DNA of 64,000 nt, taken from Pyrodictiaceae archaeon (GTDB lineage Archaea > Thermoproteota > Thermoprotei_A > Sulfolobales > Pyrodictiaceae). The DNA is taken from contig JALVSY010000007.1 of NCBI GenBank assembly GCA_027036135.1, forward strand, positions 1,156,880 to 1,220,879, in the 5' to 3' direction. Each line of letters starts with the position of its first letter. Within the stretch, counting starts at the first letter, position 1. Made by a program: the position numbers and the translations under genes. Below are positions 20,801-30,598 of this stretch, one piece after another. The notes beneath the pieces were generated by a model, which was not told the DNA's origin, ran no database searches, and was given only the letters and a program-made list of their open reading frames with translations.

Positions 20801-20986
20801 TATCACGCCGAGAGTATACTGGGCTAGGAGAGCGCGGAACCGCTTAGCCAGCTGCTCCACAACACCCTGCTCATTCTCGCTAGCAGCTAGTGCTCCCAGC
20901 TCTGAGCCTAGCAGAGCAACCAGAAGCAGTAGCGCGAGTACTACTCGCCTACTAGTCCTCTTCACTGCTATGGCGAGGCCCCTCAT
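17837..20986 (-). CDS. Large membrane-anchored protein with C-terminal DUF4129-like domain
   Basis: Signal peptide, helical region, TM, then PSETHREY...YEEARFS. Confidence 0.8.
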   Translation of the reverse strand: MRGLAIAVKRTSRRVVLALLLLVALLGSELGALAASENEQGVVEQLAKRFRALLAQYTLGVIGYGEAASYLEALVNCTTNWPGNATQRALWVASVLASNTSLDEKRLALETLVSLLATSPPPYSCPSSLLYHVYLVASMSPTPLGLGVVDPAKIVQRLAAILLNNLRYAGASSDVRSIVFTYYPREIAKGVDVYSAIHGMALTAALSGVPDKDYWRMVLLLDEPGLELVAALVNPASLSPVTARRMLAIIAPSYSASEPEQLVRLVNESLARGDYVRAAALAVLSTAAYPLYSRLLNRVVELGAGGVTVSGVGALAPSVLGYIARHHALPVRLLIGDEEYTVPLGLALAIPRDKLLRGPSSPLPSAEPFDELREAILRAGFNPINWSTVGGEASALIALAPSYVTSVALTVLVLDPFVPLDPWILGSSGIAMPGAEEAVSLLSEKGVEALASYATSVAHPWPAVIVLAAINTYERGLLGYIEQSDAAIIARRAGIRPGSDPLRYAILSVALSQAISAAREIRSPEDLVKWLGYYTRYASIRVMGGRLVINYAYAMGLARLLVDNVAELRSAVKQVSEKNPVLAYWALGLVQTPYPVNTRVLVKESLGGLEEAAARLREAAGTPAYANVSIQLTHAAETLEKIATGVETGNLPQSVLLAKRVREAIESGGEEAELIKKALGERGVAELLKTLEQVETLGGQEASKVAAAKQLLDELAQELRKQGENQLAEELEELARSLVEGNETAARTLAKRIASTGNPPQVVKPLVKRLNRLLEENPEPGILSIANAVLSQGRGARGAASQGIDVGELIKLIREGRLGEAARQLENMTRSNPEEAAKALQELSRSGMNVSTLLNYLNPGTVNKLIHSMLHSQEPREEVLVVHREGRIETSSGNTSAPMTLHTPRLSVPRLSQGGVAGIAAVLLGSILVIAMLLLWLSSKPERIVMLRRALEPVASRLGVSGEKQARGLRERVVKEFDKLLRVAAQIYGPRKPSETHREYVARFPEPDRSTMTDAALAYEEARFSSHPVTEKHLERIRNAIKRLTGGRD

Positions 20987-21045
20987 AGATACATGGTTAC
21001 ACAGGGGACTAGTCTAATCACTCTTTCGCCGCGCTAATCCCTTCC

Positions 21046-21891
21046 TTACTCTCTTGGAAGGAGCTGGGCTAGCGCCACGAGGCCCGCTCCCATGGCGAAC
21101 CTCGTCGTAACCGGCTCGTGGAACAACAAGACCCCCCATGTAACGGCTAGTACTAGCTCGAGCGTCGCTGCGACAGAGGCGCGGTGGGCAGAGACTCCTA
21201 GGCTTAGCCCCTTGTAGAAAAATATGTAGGATAAGTGGCTAATCACTATGGCTAGGTAAGCGACTGCTACGAGACAAGCACTCGTCACCACGACGTTGCC
21301 GCGGATAAGCGCTATGGGCAGCGCCCCGAGCAGGAGCCATAGCTGCACACCAGCAGCAAGCGAGACCGGGTCGAGGCCCCTGGCGAGCCTAGAGGAGGCA
21401 TAGATAGAGGCACCGTACAGAGCACCGCTCAGGAGACCCACAAGGTAACCAATACCAGTTATGGGGCCCCCGGCCTCGGCCTCAAGGGCTATGAGCCCCG
21501 CCCCCGCTAGGACTAGGAGGGAGGCAACAAGCCCCCTGATACACGGCCTCTTCTTCTCCAAGACAAGCTGATAGACAAGGACCCAGAGAGGAGCAGTGTA
21601 GAGCAAAACCTCCTCCCTGGCAACACCGAGGTAGTCCACGCCGTAGTAGAACGAGGCATAGAACGGAGCGAATACGGCAGCGCCGAGAAACACGACCCTC
21701 GTATCAAGGACTACGTGGACCCGATAAACACCGGCCAGGACCCCCAGGACAGTGATAAGCGCGGCTAGTGCCTGCCTGCCGAGCAGGACCCCGCTCGGCG
21801 AGCAGCCCCCAAGGTAGCCATACTTTGTCGCGACAGCTATTGTTGACCAGGTAGCAGCTGCTAGGTATACGTAGAGAATGGCGCGCCGCAT
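21046..21891 (-). CDS. EamA/DMT family transporter
   Basis: About 10 TM in two repeats; LLYTAPLWV, LELVLA...LFHEP. Confidence 0.88.
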   Translation of the reverse strand: MRRAILYVYLAAATWSTIAVATKYGYLGGCSPSGVLLGRQALAALITVLGVLAGVYRVHVVLDTRVVFLGAAVFAPFYASFYYGVDYLGVAREEVLLYTAPLWVLVYQLVLEKKRPCIRGLVASLLVLAGAGLIALEAEAGGPITGIGYLVGLLSGALYGASIYASSRLARGLDPVSLAAGVQLWLLLGALPIALIRGNVVVTSACLVAVAYLAIVISHLSYIFFYKGLSLGVSAHRASVAATLELVLAVTWGVLLFHEPVTTRFAMGAGLVALAQLLPRE

Positions 21892-22089
21892 CCCAGCCCT
21901 TGCTCCCAGGAGGACCTAGTGAGGCAATGAGGCCTTATAAGGAGCGAGGAGAGGATAAGCTAGTCCACAATTATACTAGGGGAGCCCCGTGGGAACAAGG
22001 CCTCGCCGGGGACAGGTAAGGAGCAATGAGCTTGTGCAGGGGAGTGTTTATAGATATCCACCGATAGCTCCCAGTATTATGGGGCCTCA

Positions 22090-22698
22090 TTGCCACTATG
22101 TAAACCAGTTAAGCTAAGCCCCGATACACGTGTCGATGCCTACGTCTTCGGCCACGTGACCCGGGCATATGGTGTCAAGAGGTACTATGCTGGCTACCCC
22201 GAGGACCTAATCATCATAGACCGGTACATGTACGTAGTCAAGATGCCTATCGGGGTCGCAGAGGACAAGAGGATAAAGATGGTATTCGTGCTAAGAGCCT
22301 ACATCGGCGACAAGGTTATAAGATTCAATGACTGCTGGCTTGTCAGGGTATCAGCACCGTTCCCCATCTATCACCCGCTCAACTTCAAGAGGGCATTGAT
22401 ACCCTACAAGGTCTACAATGGCTGGGTGATGAAGCTTTATCGAAGAAGGATAGACGAGGTAGTGTTCCTCGCGAGCAGCAAGGAGATAGCAGAGGAGATA
22501 TCGTGGAGAATAATGGTTGGTAGACGAGTACGCACCCTGGCTTATCGCTACCTCTACCCGGTTGCGTGCTATAAGTGCCCCAAGAGCCTCCTAGTATACG
22601 ATAAGCCCGTGGAGCGCAGCACATTCTATGCAAAGTACCCCGAGGACTCCCGGGAAGAAGAGACCCCGGGGAAGAGGCTAGCGGGCAAGAAGGCCTAG
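22090..22698 (+). CDS. Hypothetical protein
   Basis: 202 aa ORF with host-like codon use and an upstream TATA-like element; no family recognised. Confidence 0.65.
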   Translation: MPLCKPVKLSPDTRVDAYVFGHVTRAYGVKRYYAGYPEDLIIIDRYMYVVKMPIGVAEDKRIKMVFVLRAYIGDKVIRFNDCWLVRVSAPFPIYHPLNFKRALIPYKVYNGWVMKLYRRRIDEVVFLASSKEIAEEISWRIMVGRRVRTLAYRYLYPVACYKCPKSLLVYDKPVERSTFYAKYPEDSREEETPGKRLAGKKA

Positions 22699-23694
22699 TT
22701 TCTGAACCATCTCGGGGAGAGGCATGGGCTCCAGGGACCACTTCTTCTCAAGGGGGTTATACATCTCCACCGGTATTATCACGCCAAACCCCGTCGTTAT
22801 CACGCCGGTATAGATTATACAGTCTCCTAGCTTCCTCCTAACAGTCTCCGTCTCCTCGTCCCCGAGCACCATTACTGTCGCAGCTGTCTCCTCTCCCACA
22901 AAGATACTTGGAGAGGAGCGGGTTGAGGCAATGACCTCGTAGAGCTCTGTATAGCAGTCTCGCTTAACCTTCATGTAGAGAGGTATTACGCGGGGATTAT
23001 TTAGGCGGGGTACCGCGAGCAATAATACCCTGCCAATAACCCCTGCCTCGCTTAGCCTGCGATACGCCTTAGACAACTTGCTATAGCTGAGCCGGTGTCC
23101 AGGTATCCTCTTATCCAGTCTCTCCCAGTACACGACATTGATATCCGTGAGGTCCTGGAGAGACATGAGCGGCTCACGGTCTAGGAGAGCGTAGAGCAGG
23201 AGATCCAAGAGGCTAGGCTTGTAGTTCTCTGGTAGTCCCCTTATCCTCGCCACTATATCCTTGCATGGGTAGACGGGTATAGTCACTCCTGGCTCTGGCT
23301 CACCCAGCTTGCTCAGCTCATCGAGGAACTCGTCGAAGAGCTCCCTTGGAGCCAAGTAGCTGTAGACATGCTGGTTATCAAGCGTGGCTCGGTATGAGTA
23401 GAGGTAGCGATATAGCGGCACCTTCCCAACGAGGTCGCGCATCATCCTTATCTCGCCGAGGGGCTTATCAGAGTGAATAACAACGGTTTGCAGCCCGAGC
23501 GGCCTTAGGTCACGTATATGCTGGGGCCAGAGCTCCATGCCTTTCTCTCGTAGCTTCCTCAGTATCTGCCGAACATAGTTCACCGAGGAGTGTAGCCTTT
23601 TAGCTATCAGCTCGGCCTCTAGCCTGAAATCATAGCAGGCTATTAGGTCTGCTACCTCCTTCTCTCGGGGCGTTAGCCAGCTCATACCACTCAA
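22678..23694 (-). CDS. Putative transcriptional regulator with two HTH regions (Lrp/AsnC-like tandem)
   Basis: LTPREKEVA...IAKRLHSSVNYVRQILRKL, and a second HTH-like segment ending AYRRLSEAGVI. Confidence 0.65.
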   Translation of the reverse strand: MSGMSWLTPREKEVADLIACYDFRLEAELIAKRLHSSVNYVRQILRKLREKGMELWPQHIRDLRPLGLQTVVIHSDKPLGEIRMMRDLVGKVPLYRYLYSYRATLDNQHVYSYLAPRELFDEFLDELSKLGEPEPGVTIPVYPCKDIVARIRGLPENYKPSLLDLLLYALLDREPLMSLQDLTDINVVYWERLDKRIPGHRLSYSKLSKAYRRLSEAGVIGRVLLLAVPRLNNPRVIPLYMKVKRDCYTELYEVIASTRSSPSIFVGEETAATVMVLGDEETETVRRKLGDCIIYTGVITTGFGVIIPVEMYNPLEKKWSLEPMPLPEMVQKLGLLAR

Positions 23695-24003
23695 CTCTTA
23701 GGGCACGTGTTTCTCCGAAATACCTTGCTATCTAGCCAGTAAGGGCCAGGGGGCCTTCCTGGGGTGAACGAGAAGGCGCCATCACTATACTTGTCGCTGG
23801 GGCTGTGTTTATGCATTAAGTTTTCAAGAGTGCTTCTTGTATCTGAGAGAAATGCTTAAAAGTTAGCAAATCCTATTCCATAGGCTCTCCATGTCTATAC
23901 CCGGCTCAGTATTGAGGCACAAATAATAGCTAATATCTGAAAATTTAAGCTGGACTAATACTTAAAGCCACTACACCAGTATTCTCTGCCTGGGTGAGCC
24001 TCT

Positions 24004-24384
24004 ATGCCAGGACTACGTCGCGTAAAAGAACTGATAGCATCCCTGCTAAAACGCTACCCGGGACTACGTGAGCGGAGACGCCTACAACTAACATATACTG
24101 CCGTTAAGAGCCTCGAGGAGCGAGGAGAAAAAATCACCCTGGAAAACGTGGTCAAGGAGGCTAGGAGAATAATAGAGGAAACAGGAAAGGACATAGACTG
24201 GGGCATAAAGCCGGACGAGTACACAGAGGAAATAGCTGCTCCTCTCCTCCACGAACTAGCTGAGATGGGCGTCATTGAGTTGTCGCCGGAACTACTAAGC
24301 GAGATCGCTAAGAGGCTGAGAAAGCGAGCCGAGACAGAGACCACACCCATTACGGGAATAGCGGTGTTCACTAGGCCGGTGTAA
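24004..24384 (+). CDS. Small hypothetical protein, possibly winged-helix
   Basis: TATA-like CTTAAA and GGTGA RBS upstream; LHELAEMGVIE is typical of a wHTH recognition helix/wing. Confidence 0.65.
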   Translation: MPGLRRVKELIASLLKRYPGLRERRRLQLTYTAVKSLEERGEKITLENVVKEARRIIEETGKDIDWGIKPDEYTEEIAAPLLHELAEMGVIELSPELLSEIAKRLRKRAETETTPITGIAVFTRPV

Positions 24385-24455
24385 CGTGGTTTCTTTTTCA
24401 CAGCGCTTATTTTATCAACCCGGCCTCGCCTTTTCCTCTTACTAGGTGCCTCGTA

Positions 24456-26942
24456 GTGCATAGAGCGGTTCTCCTATCACTACTCGCCGCCGTAGCGTTG
24501 TCCATAGCGGCTCCTGCAGCTAGTGCCTCGGCGAGAAAGGATAACGTAATTATTCTCAGCGGTATCGCTGGGCCCGATGGCCTCGCCTTTGTACACGCTG
24601 TGCTTCCTCCAGGCAAGTACCGTGTCGCCTCTATAGCAGGCGCCGAGGAGTCTCCACGAGCCGCTGCATCGGCGCCTATGCTGCTCAGCTTCCTACCCGA
24701 CCCGTCGCTGTGGCAGCGGCTTAGAGACGTACCAGTAGTGGGGCCACTGTTTACCCCGGTTACGCGCTTCTTCGATACTGGTAGCGGCGTGGAGTTTGTT
24801 GCCTGGATCCCAGCCAAGCCCGGAGCAAGGGTAAGCATTGTATTGGAAAAGCTCGGCTCAGGCAAGACCAGTACAGCTAGGCACGAGGGAATGGTGATAA
24901 TTGTCCCGGATAACCCATTATTACTAGCTGCTGCTAAGAAGATAGCCAGACTACATGAGAAGCAAGGTATCAGTGTAAGGATAGTCACTACCAGCTATAT
25001 CTACCGCAACTACAAGCCAGCGAAGCCCCCGGTAACTATGTGCAAGAACTTGCCAAAAGAGTATAATGTGAGCCTCGCGCTACGAATACTATCCTTTGTC
25101 AAGAGCCTCAAAGGCACCAACGTGAAGTACATATTACTGATAGGTAATGCGAGAGACGTGCCCCCAATATACTACTGTAGCCCAACGCTCCGCGAACTCA
25201 TAGGTCCGAAGGAAGGCATTGTGCCCAGTGATTATTATTACGCCGACCCAGACGGCAATGGGGTAGTGGACTTCGCGGTCGGGAGAATACCATTCAGCGA
25301 CCCCGCGAAAGTGATGGCATACATCAATAGCCTTGAGGCATGGATTAAGGGAGGCAGCTGGCTGCACAAGGCTTTCCTTGCCGGGGGCGCCCCCTTTGCC
25401 ACAGACCTCTTCGTCGGCGAGTCAGCCGTCCTCTCAACACTTAGCGAGATAGGAAGCCTCGGCCTAAAAGTCTCCGAGCTACTGCTGAGCACCCCAGGCT
25501 ACTCCGCTACGAGCTTCTCAGAGTTCATAGGCAAGTATGGTCTCTACTACCTAGTTGTCCACGGCACAGGCAACGCCATGCTCGACTACGTTCCCGGCGG
25601 GCTCTGGAACTACAACTTTGAGGAAAAGCTAACAGCTAAACAAATACCCTACACGAGCCACCCCGGCGTCTACCTCACGCCAGCGTGCCGAGTCGCTTAC
25701 TGGGACTACGACTTATTCAACCCGCCCTTTACTCCACCGAGTATAGCCGTGGCGATGCTTGAGCGCGGAGCAGCTGTAGCGTTCATAGGCCCTAGCCGCG
25801 TAGCGGTGGAGGCGATAGACGCTGTACAGCTAGGGCTAGGCGGTGCCTCTCTCAGCTTCGCTGGGGCCGATGCTCCTCTCCAGCTCTTCCTAGGCATGCT
25901 TCCAGGCTCAGAGACTCTCGGAGAGGCATGGATGAGAGCCCTAAACGCTTACTTGGCATCCCCTAAGAGCAAGTACAAGATCTACCTCACGAGTGGAGAG
26001 GAGGAGATAGGGAGCTTGATAGTCCACGAAATGGAGTTCCTCGGTGACCCCGCAGCCCCTAACCCGTGGAGCAAGGCAACCGGATCCACGGGCACAGTCC
26101 CCGCGATGATTCCTCCCTTGGGCTCGATCAATGTAGATGCCTCGGTGATAGCAATGCCCCTAGCAAGGTACGTCACTGGGGTACTCCCGGCTTATAATCC
26201 TGGCCCAGAGACGAGCATAAGCTTCACAATAAGCCATAGCTGCCCCGAGGACATTGAGGCAAAGGCACTGGTAAGGATAGAGGGCTACCTCCTTATAGGG
26301 CTCCGAGACATAAGGGTAAATGCCTCAGCCACGGACAATGGTTGCAGAGTAACGCTCAGCGTCCCATGGAACTCCCCGGGCGTCGTAAGGGTGCTAGCGC
26401 TGTGGAACAACACTGCTGCTGCCTACTACCTAGTCGTCGCCGGAGCCTACCTAGACAAGGAGCATGATACGCTGGTTCTACGCGGCCTAGACGTCCTAGA
26501 AACCATAGGGGATGAACCTCTGCTCGTGGAGCTAAATAACACCGTGAGAACCGTAGTGCCGGGCGGAGCTACTAGCTACAATATATCACTAGGCCTCCTT
26601 ACTCCGAGGAAACAAGGCCTCTATAAAGTGTCGGTTATACCGGCTTATCGCTACGACGTGATATACGGCGGAGAATTAGTAGCGAAGGCTATTCAAGAGC
26701 TGAGAAGCCTTTATACAGTCACATTTAACAACACGGCGCCCGTCATGGGGCATACAAGTACACCGATGTTCAACGAGAAAAAGCCAAGTATACCATTGTT
26801 ATCAAGCCTGGCATCCACAGGGACAGCTGTACCGAACAAGGAGAAGCCGCTAATGAGCCAAGACTACGCAAAGGCTATAATAGGGCTCCTCTCGATAACG
26901 ATATTCCTCCTCTCGCTCCTGCTTATCACGAGGAGGCACTAG
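24456..26942 (+). CDS. Peptidase C25 (gingipain-like) cysteine peptidase, membrane anchored
   Basis: LLIGNARDVP, SDYYYAD, AVGRIP, catalytic HG (VVHGTG) and AC (TPACR), LGDP; signal peptide and C-terminal TM. Confidence 0.88.
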   Translation: MHRAVLLSLLAAVALSIAAPAASASARKDNVIILSGIAGPDGLAFVHAVLPPGKYRVASIAGAEESPRAAASAPMLLSFLPDPSLWQRLRDVPVVGPLFTPVTRFFDTGSGVEFVAWIPAKPGARVSIVLEKLGSGKTSTARHEGMVIIVPDNPLLLAAAKKIARLHEKQGISVRIVTTSYIYRNYKPAKPPVTMCKNLPKEYNVSLALRILSFVKSLKGTNVKYILLIGNARDVPPIYYCSPTLRELIGPKEGIVPSDYYYADPDGNGVVDFAVGRIPFSDPAKVMAYINSLEAWIKGGSWLHKAFLAGGAPFATDLFVGESAVLSTLSEIGSLGLKVSELLLSTPGYSATSFSEFIGKYGLYYLVVHGTGNAMLDYVPGGLWNYNFEEKLTAKQIPYTSHPGVYLTPACRVAYWDYDLFNPPFTPPSIAVAMLERGAAVAFIGPSRVAVEAIDAVQLGLGGASLSFAGADAPLQLFLGMLPGSETLGEAWMRALNAYLASPKSKYKIYLTSGEEEIGSLIVHEMEFLGDPAAPNPWSKATGSTGTVPAMIPPLGSINVDASVIAMPLARYVTGVLPAYNPGPETSISFTISHSCPEDIEAKALVRIEGYLLIGLRDIRVNASATDNGCRVTLSVPWNSPGVVRVLALWNNTAAAYYLVVAGAYLDKEHDTLVLRGLDVLETIGDEPLLVELNNTVRTVVPGGATSYNISLGLLTPRKQGLYKVSVIPAYRYDVIYGGELVAKAIQELRSLYTVTFNNTAPVMGHTSTPMFNEKKPSIPLLSSLASTGTAVPNKEKPLMSQDYAKAIIGLLSITIFLLSLLLITRRH

Positions 26943-27005
26943 CCCGGAGGGGCTTGTTTTTAGACCAGGCACCATTCTAGGCTCTCTATGCTTGGGCTAA
27001 CTGGT

Positions 27006-27764
27006 ATGGGGCTAGCGGAGAGGCTCCGAGAACTATTACCCAATGGGGTCTGTGGAGTAGCGCTGGACATTGATGGGACGCTGACCGAGGAGCGGAGAAT
27101 TGGCTCGTTCCGTGTCTCGCTCGGCGCTATCAGGGCTATCCGCCGCCTAGAGGACAACGGTGTAAGAGTGATGCTGGTGACTGGTAACTCTGCCTACGTT
27201 GTCGCTGGGTTCGCGCGCTACATAGGCGCCTCTGGGCCCCATGTGGCCGAGAACGGGTGCATAGTCTACCAGAGCGGCTCTATATGGAGCGTGTGCAGGC
27301 TCAGCGCTAGGCCCGCAGCGAGGCTCGTCGAGGAGGAACTTGGGGGCCTTGTCACCCCTAGTTGGCAGAACCCTTGCCGGCGCCACGACTACGCCTTCAT
27401 CTCCCACGAGCCAGGCATTGTTGAGCGCGTCAAGGTGTTGCTGACAAAGAGGGGTCTTGACTGGGTGAAGGTGAGCCATAGCGGCTACGCAATCCATCTC
27501 CGCCCACGGGACGCGAGCAAGGGGAGAGGCCTTCTCCACGCACTACGCCTAGCTGGGCTGAGCCCGGGCTGCGTGGTAGCGGTAGGCGACTCTGGCATGG
27601 ACTCGGAGATGCTAGAGGCGGGAGTGGTGCTTGCCGCGGTTGGTAACGCTGAGGAGGAGTTGAGGAAAAGAGCGCACCTGGTGCTGCCTGGCAGGAGCGG
27701 GGAGAGCGTAGAGAGCCTCGTGGACGCGGTCTTCGAGGCGGGACTAGTAAAGGAGAAGAACTAG
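27006..27764 (+). CDS. HAD phosphatase, SPP-like / archaeal phosphoglycolate phosphatase
   Basis: DIDGTLT, VTGN, AENG, SKGRGL, GDSGMD motifs. Confidence 0.88.
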   Translation: MGLAERLRELLPNGVCGVALDIDGTLTEERRIGSFRVSLGAIRAIRRLEDNGVRVMLVTGNSAYVVAGFARYIGASGPHVAENGCIVYQSGSIWSVCRLSARPAARLVEEELGGLVTPSWQNPCRRHDYAFISHEPGIVERVKVLLTKRGLDWVKVSHSGYAIHLRPRDASKGRGLLHALRLAGLSPGCVVAVGDSGMDSEMLEAGVVLAAVGNAEEELRKRAHLVLPGRSGESVESLVDAVFEAGLVKEKN

Positions 27765-27791
27765 TAGCCAGGAGAGGAGGCGATAAGAGGC

Positions 27792-28187
27792 TTGGAGAAG
27801 CCGCTAGTCCTCCGCGGCAAGAGGACCCAGGGCCTCGGTGTCGGCGGGCGCTACGTCTCAATGGAGTACTACTCTACGTGGTTCCGCCGACTTCTCGGCT
27901 GCGAACCCTATCCGGGCACTCTCAACTTCAGCGGTAAGGCTGATTGGAGGGAGCTAGCTGGGCTCTGTGAGCCGCTAGTCATACCTGAGAAGAGGATGGG
28001 TGATAAGAGGCTTGGAGCAGTCTATGTGTGGAGAGCTAGGCTGAGAACAGTTACTGGTAAGAGAGATGTCTTGGTCATAAGGCCTCTCCTGAGCAGCCAT
28101 GAGCCAACGGTATTGGAGATTGTTGCTTGTGAGAGACTGGCATCAGTGCTCCCCGACGACGAGATAGAGGTTGAGATAGAGTGCTAA
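27792..28187 (+). CDS. CTP-dependent riboflavin kinase (archaeal)
   Basis: GLGVGGRY, PYPGTLN, LEIVA motifs; no N-terminal HTH. Confidence 0.88.
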   Translation: MEKPLVLRGKRTQGLGVGGRYVSMEYYSTWFRRLLGCEPYPGTLNFSGKADWRELAGLCEPLVIPEKRMGDKRLGAVYVWRARLRTVTGKRDVLVIRPLLSSHEPTVLEIVACERLASVLPDDEIEVEIEC

Positions 28188-28660
28188 GCTCTCCCCAGGA
28201 GCCTTAACAAGGCCTCCCGGTAGGCGGGGAGCTGCCAGGCATAGTATCTCCCTATGCCGAGGCTGGGTCGGGCTCGAGCCTCCCACTAGCTAGCAGAGAG
28301 TGCCCGGTATGGGCTACGAGGTTGTTCTCCTCGAGGAGGCTTAGGAGCCTAGTATCCGCCTCGAGCAAGTAGTCAGGGTTATTGATGGCCTCTACTAGCT
28401 GGTCTACGAGGCCCTCCTGCTTAGCCCTGCTAACTGGCTCAACTAGTCTATCCTCCAGCTCCCTGAGCCACTCGTTTGTGTTCCAGCTATGCGTCGTGGC
28501 TATCTCGAGTAGTCTCCCGGGGTTCCCGCTGATGAGGCTCCATAGCTCCTCCACTACATCTACGCGGCCAGAGAATGGTCTCGGAGCCCCCGGAGCGCTA
28601 GGTCCTCGAGAACCTCTAGCTCCCTCTCCTTGTCAACGAAGGGCACAGCCTTGGCCAGGG
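28186..28660 (-). pseudogene. Internally deleted archaeal ATPase remnant
   Basis: FVDKERELEVLEDLA (ATPase N-terminus) joins directly to ISGNPGRL...LEENNLV and a shifted GRYYAWQLPAY C-terminus; Walker A/B core absent. Confidence 0.65.
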
Positions 28661-28699
28661 CCCAGTCTTCCTCTAATATAGCCCTGGTCTCTTCTATGC

Positions 28700-30029
28700 C
28701 TATACTAGTTTCTTTGCCAATTTGTGGAAGTAGCGGCGATAAGTATAGGCGAAGACTATTGACCTAACATAGAGGTCTAGGGCCATGATCAGCCACGCTA
28801 CCAGGGGGCATGATGCCCCGTGGAAGCGGCCCGCCAAGACAAGGCTGGGTGCTACGCGTACCAGGTAGAGACCGGCTAGGTTGATTATTGTCGGCACTGT
28901 TGTTTCCCCGGCACCCCTTATGGCGCCGCTTATGCCCATTACGAGCCCCAGGGCTGGCTCGGAGAGCCCAGCGAGCACTAGGTAGAGGATTACCAGCTTG
29001 CCTATCTCCCAGCTAGGCGCGAAGACTACTGCTGCTAGGGGAGAGGAGGCTATGAGCCCGAGCCCTGCTAGCACCATGAAGCCCGCGCTGGCCTTCGCTA
29101 TCTCCCATTCCCGTTTCTCAGCCCCCGCGTAGTCCTCGGAGCCTACTAGTTGCCCGACCTCGCTAGAGGCGTAGGTCTGGAGAGCGAAGCCCGGCATGTA
29201 GGCGAAGGACTCTATCCTTATACCCACGGTGTGAGCAGCTAGCGCTGCTGTGCCACACCTCGCCACGGCCCCTAGGTAGAAGTAGTTGCCCCCGGCGAAC
29301 AGCATTCGCTCAACCATGGCTGGTAGCCCTACCCTTATCACGCGGTTAGGCCTGTCCACGGGGGAGACCTAGTGTTACCGGGAAGCCTAGGCTCCCCCTA
29401 CCCCGTGCAAGCATGTAAGCTGCGCCAGCAAGGTTCCCGATGTTGCTAGCAAGGGCTGCGCCCGCTACACCCATCCCGGCCCCGAATATCAGCACAGGGT
29501 CAAGAACAGCATTCGTCACCACGGCTACCACGCTTCCCCAGAGAACACCCATGTTAGCCCCAACGGCCCGGTAAGCCGCATCCATCACCATTATCAACGC
29601 GTTGAACGGGAGCCCAGCAAGCAGCACAGCCAAGTAGAGGGTAGCGGTCTCGGCTGTAGCCTCGTTGCTAGAGACGAAGCCCGTTAGGAGAGGCGCTGCA
29701 AGCATCCCAGCTATGCCTAGTGGCAGGGAGACAAGGAGCGAGGCAACAATAGTCTCCCCGAGGATTCTCGATGCAAGGTCTAGCCTCCCGGCCCCATAGG
29801 CCTGGCTAACCACGACCATGGCCCCAACATAGAACATGGCCAGGACAGTGGTTAGGAGCCACTTAACATACCCACCAGCACCAACACCCGCCAAGGCTAC
29901 CGCGCCGAGCCTCGACACAAAGAACATATCAGTAACATTGAGGATGCTGAAAGTGGTCTCAGCCACTACCAGGGGCCAAGCCTCCCTCATAACCCTAGCA
30001 ACAATCCCGGCTAGTTCCCTTACAGTCAT
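28700..30029 (-). CDS. MATE family efflux transporter, frameshifted near 29350
   Basis: Two overlapping ORFs give the N and C halves: DMFFVSRLG, NAVLDPVLIFG, GAALAS; GLPAMVE, RGAGET. Confidence 0.88.
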
Positions 30030-30286
30030 ATCAGCAGCACCAAGGCCACGAGGAACACTATTAACTCGTATGCGGTGGGGAAGGAGTACTCCGCTAAGAA
30101 GCCCTAGGCACGGCTCTTGCGAGCTATGCCTAGCCTAGATCCATGCTCGGTGCCATATTATCCGCATAGGCCCCTGTATCAGCGTGGGCTATTATCGCTA
30201 TGGCTAGGTGATACTCGCCTCTGTATCGCTCCAGGTATAGCGCCTCGTTGCAATGAGGGAGAACTTATCTAGGAGCAAAGCTGTCT

Positions 30287-30296
30287 ATACATGTAT
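30287..30296. promoter_or_regulatory. Palindrome ATACATGTAT upstream of the antitoxin gene, possible autoregulatory operator
   Basis: Read directly, 15 bp before the GTG of an RHH antitoxin. Confidence 0.35.
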
Positions 30297-30310
30297 GTAC
30301 GGGGACAGAC

Positions 30311-30598
30311 GTGTCGGTAACATTTACTGTTCGTATCCCGAGAAGGCTAGCCGAGAAGATGAAGAGGCATAGCGAGATCAACTGGAGCGAGATAGTGAGG
30401 AAGAGTATTGAGGAATACCTAGAGCGCCTAGAAGAGGCAAAGACACGGGTAAGCGCGGCTGAGGTACTAGAGGAGCTAAGAGAAATGGGCCTAGACGAGG
30501 AGCTGCTAGAACCCCTCGGGCCCGATAGGGAGAAGAAGCTCTACGAGGAAATGGTGAAGAAGGAGTGGAAGAGGCTATCTATGACACGAGCGCGGTAA
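30311..30598 (+). CDS. vapB: Ribbon-helix-helix antitoxin (VapB-type)
   Basis: TFTVRIP...INWSEIVRKSIEEYL; overlaps the PIN gene. Confidence 0.85.
   Translation: MSVTFTVRIPRRLAEKMKRHSEINWSEIVRKSIEEYLERLEEAKTRVSAAEVLEELREMGLDEELLEPLGPDREKKLYEEMVKKEWKRLSMTRAR

Noticed and set aside
30104-30133. Hairpin CTAGGCA...TGCCTAG between MATE and vapBC
   Set aside because: Imperfect, built from CTAG-containing words that are very frequent here; no supporting context.
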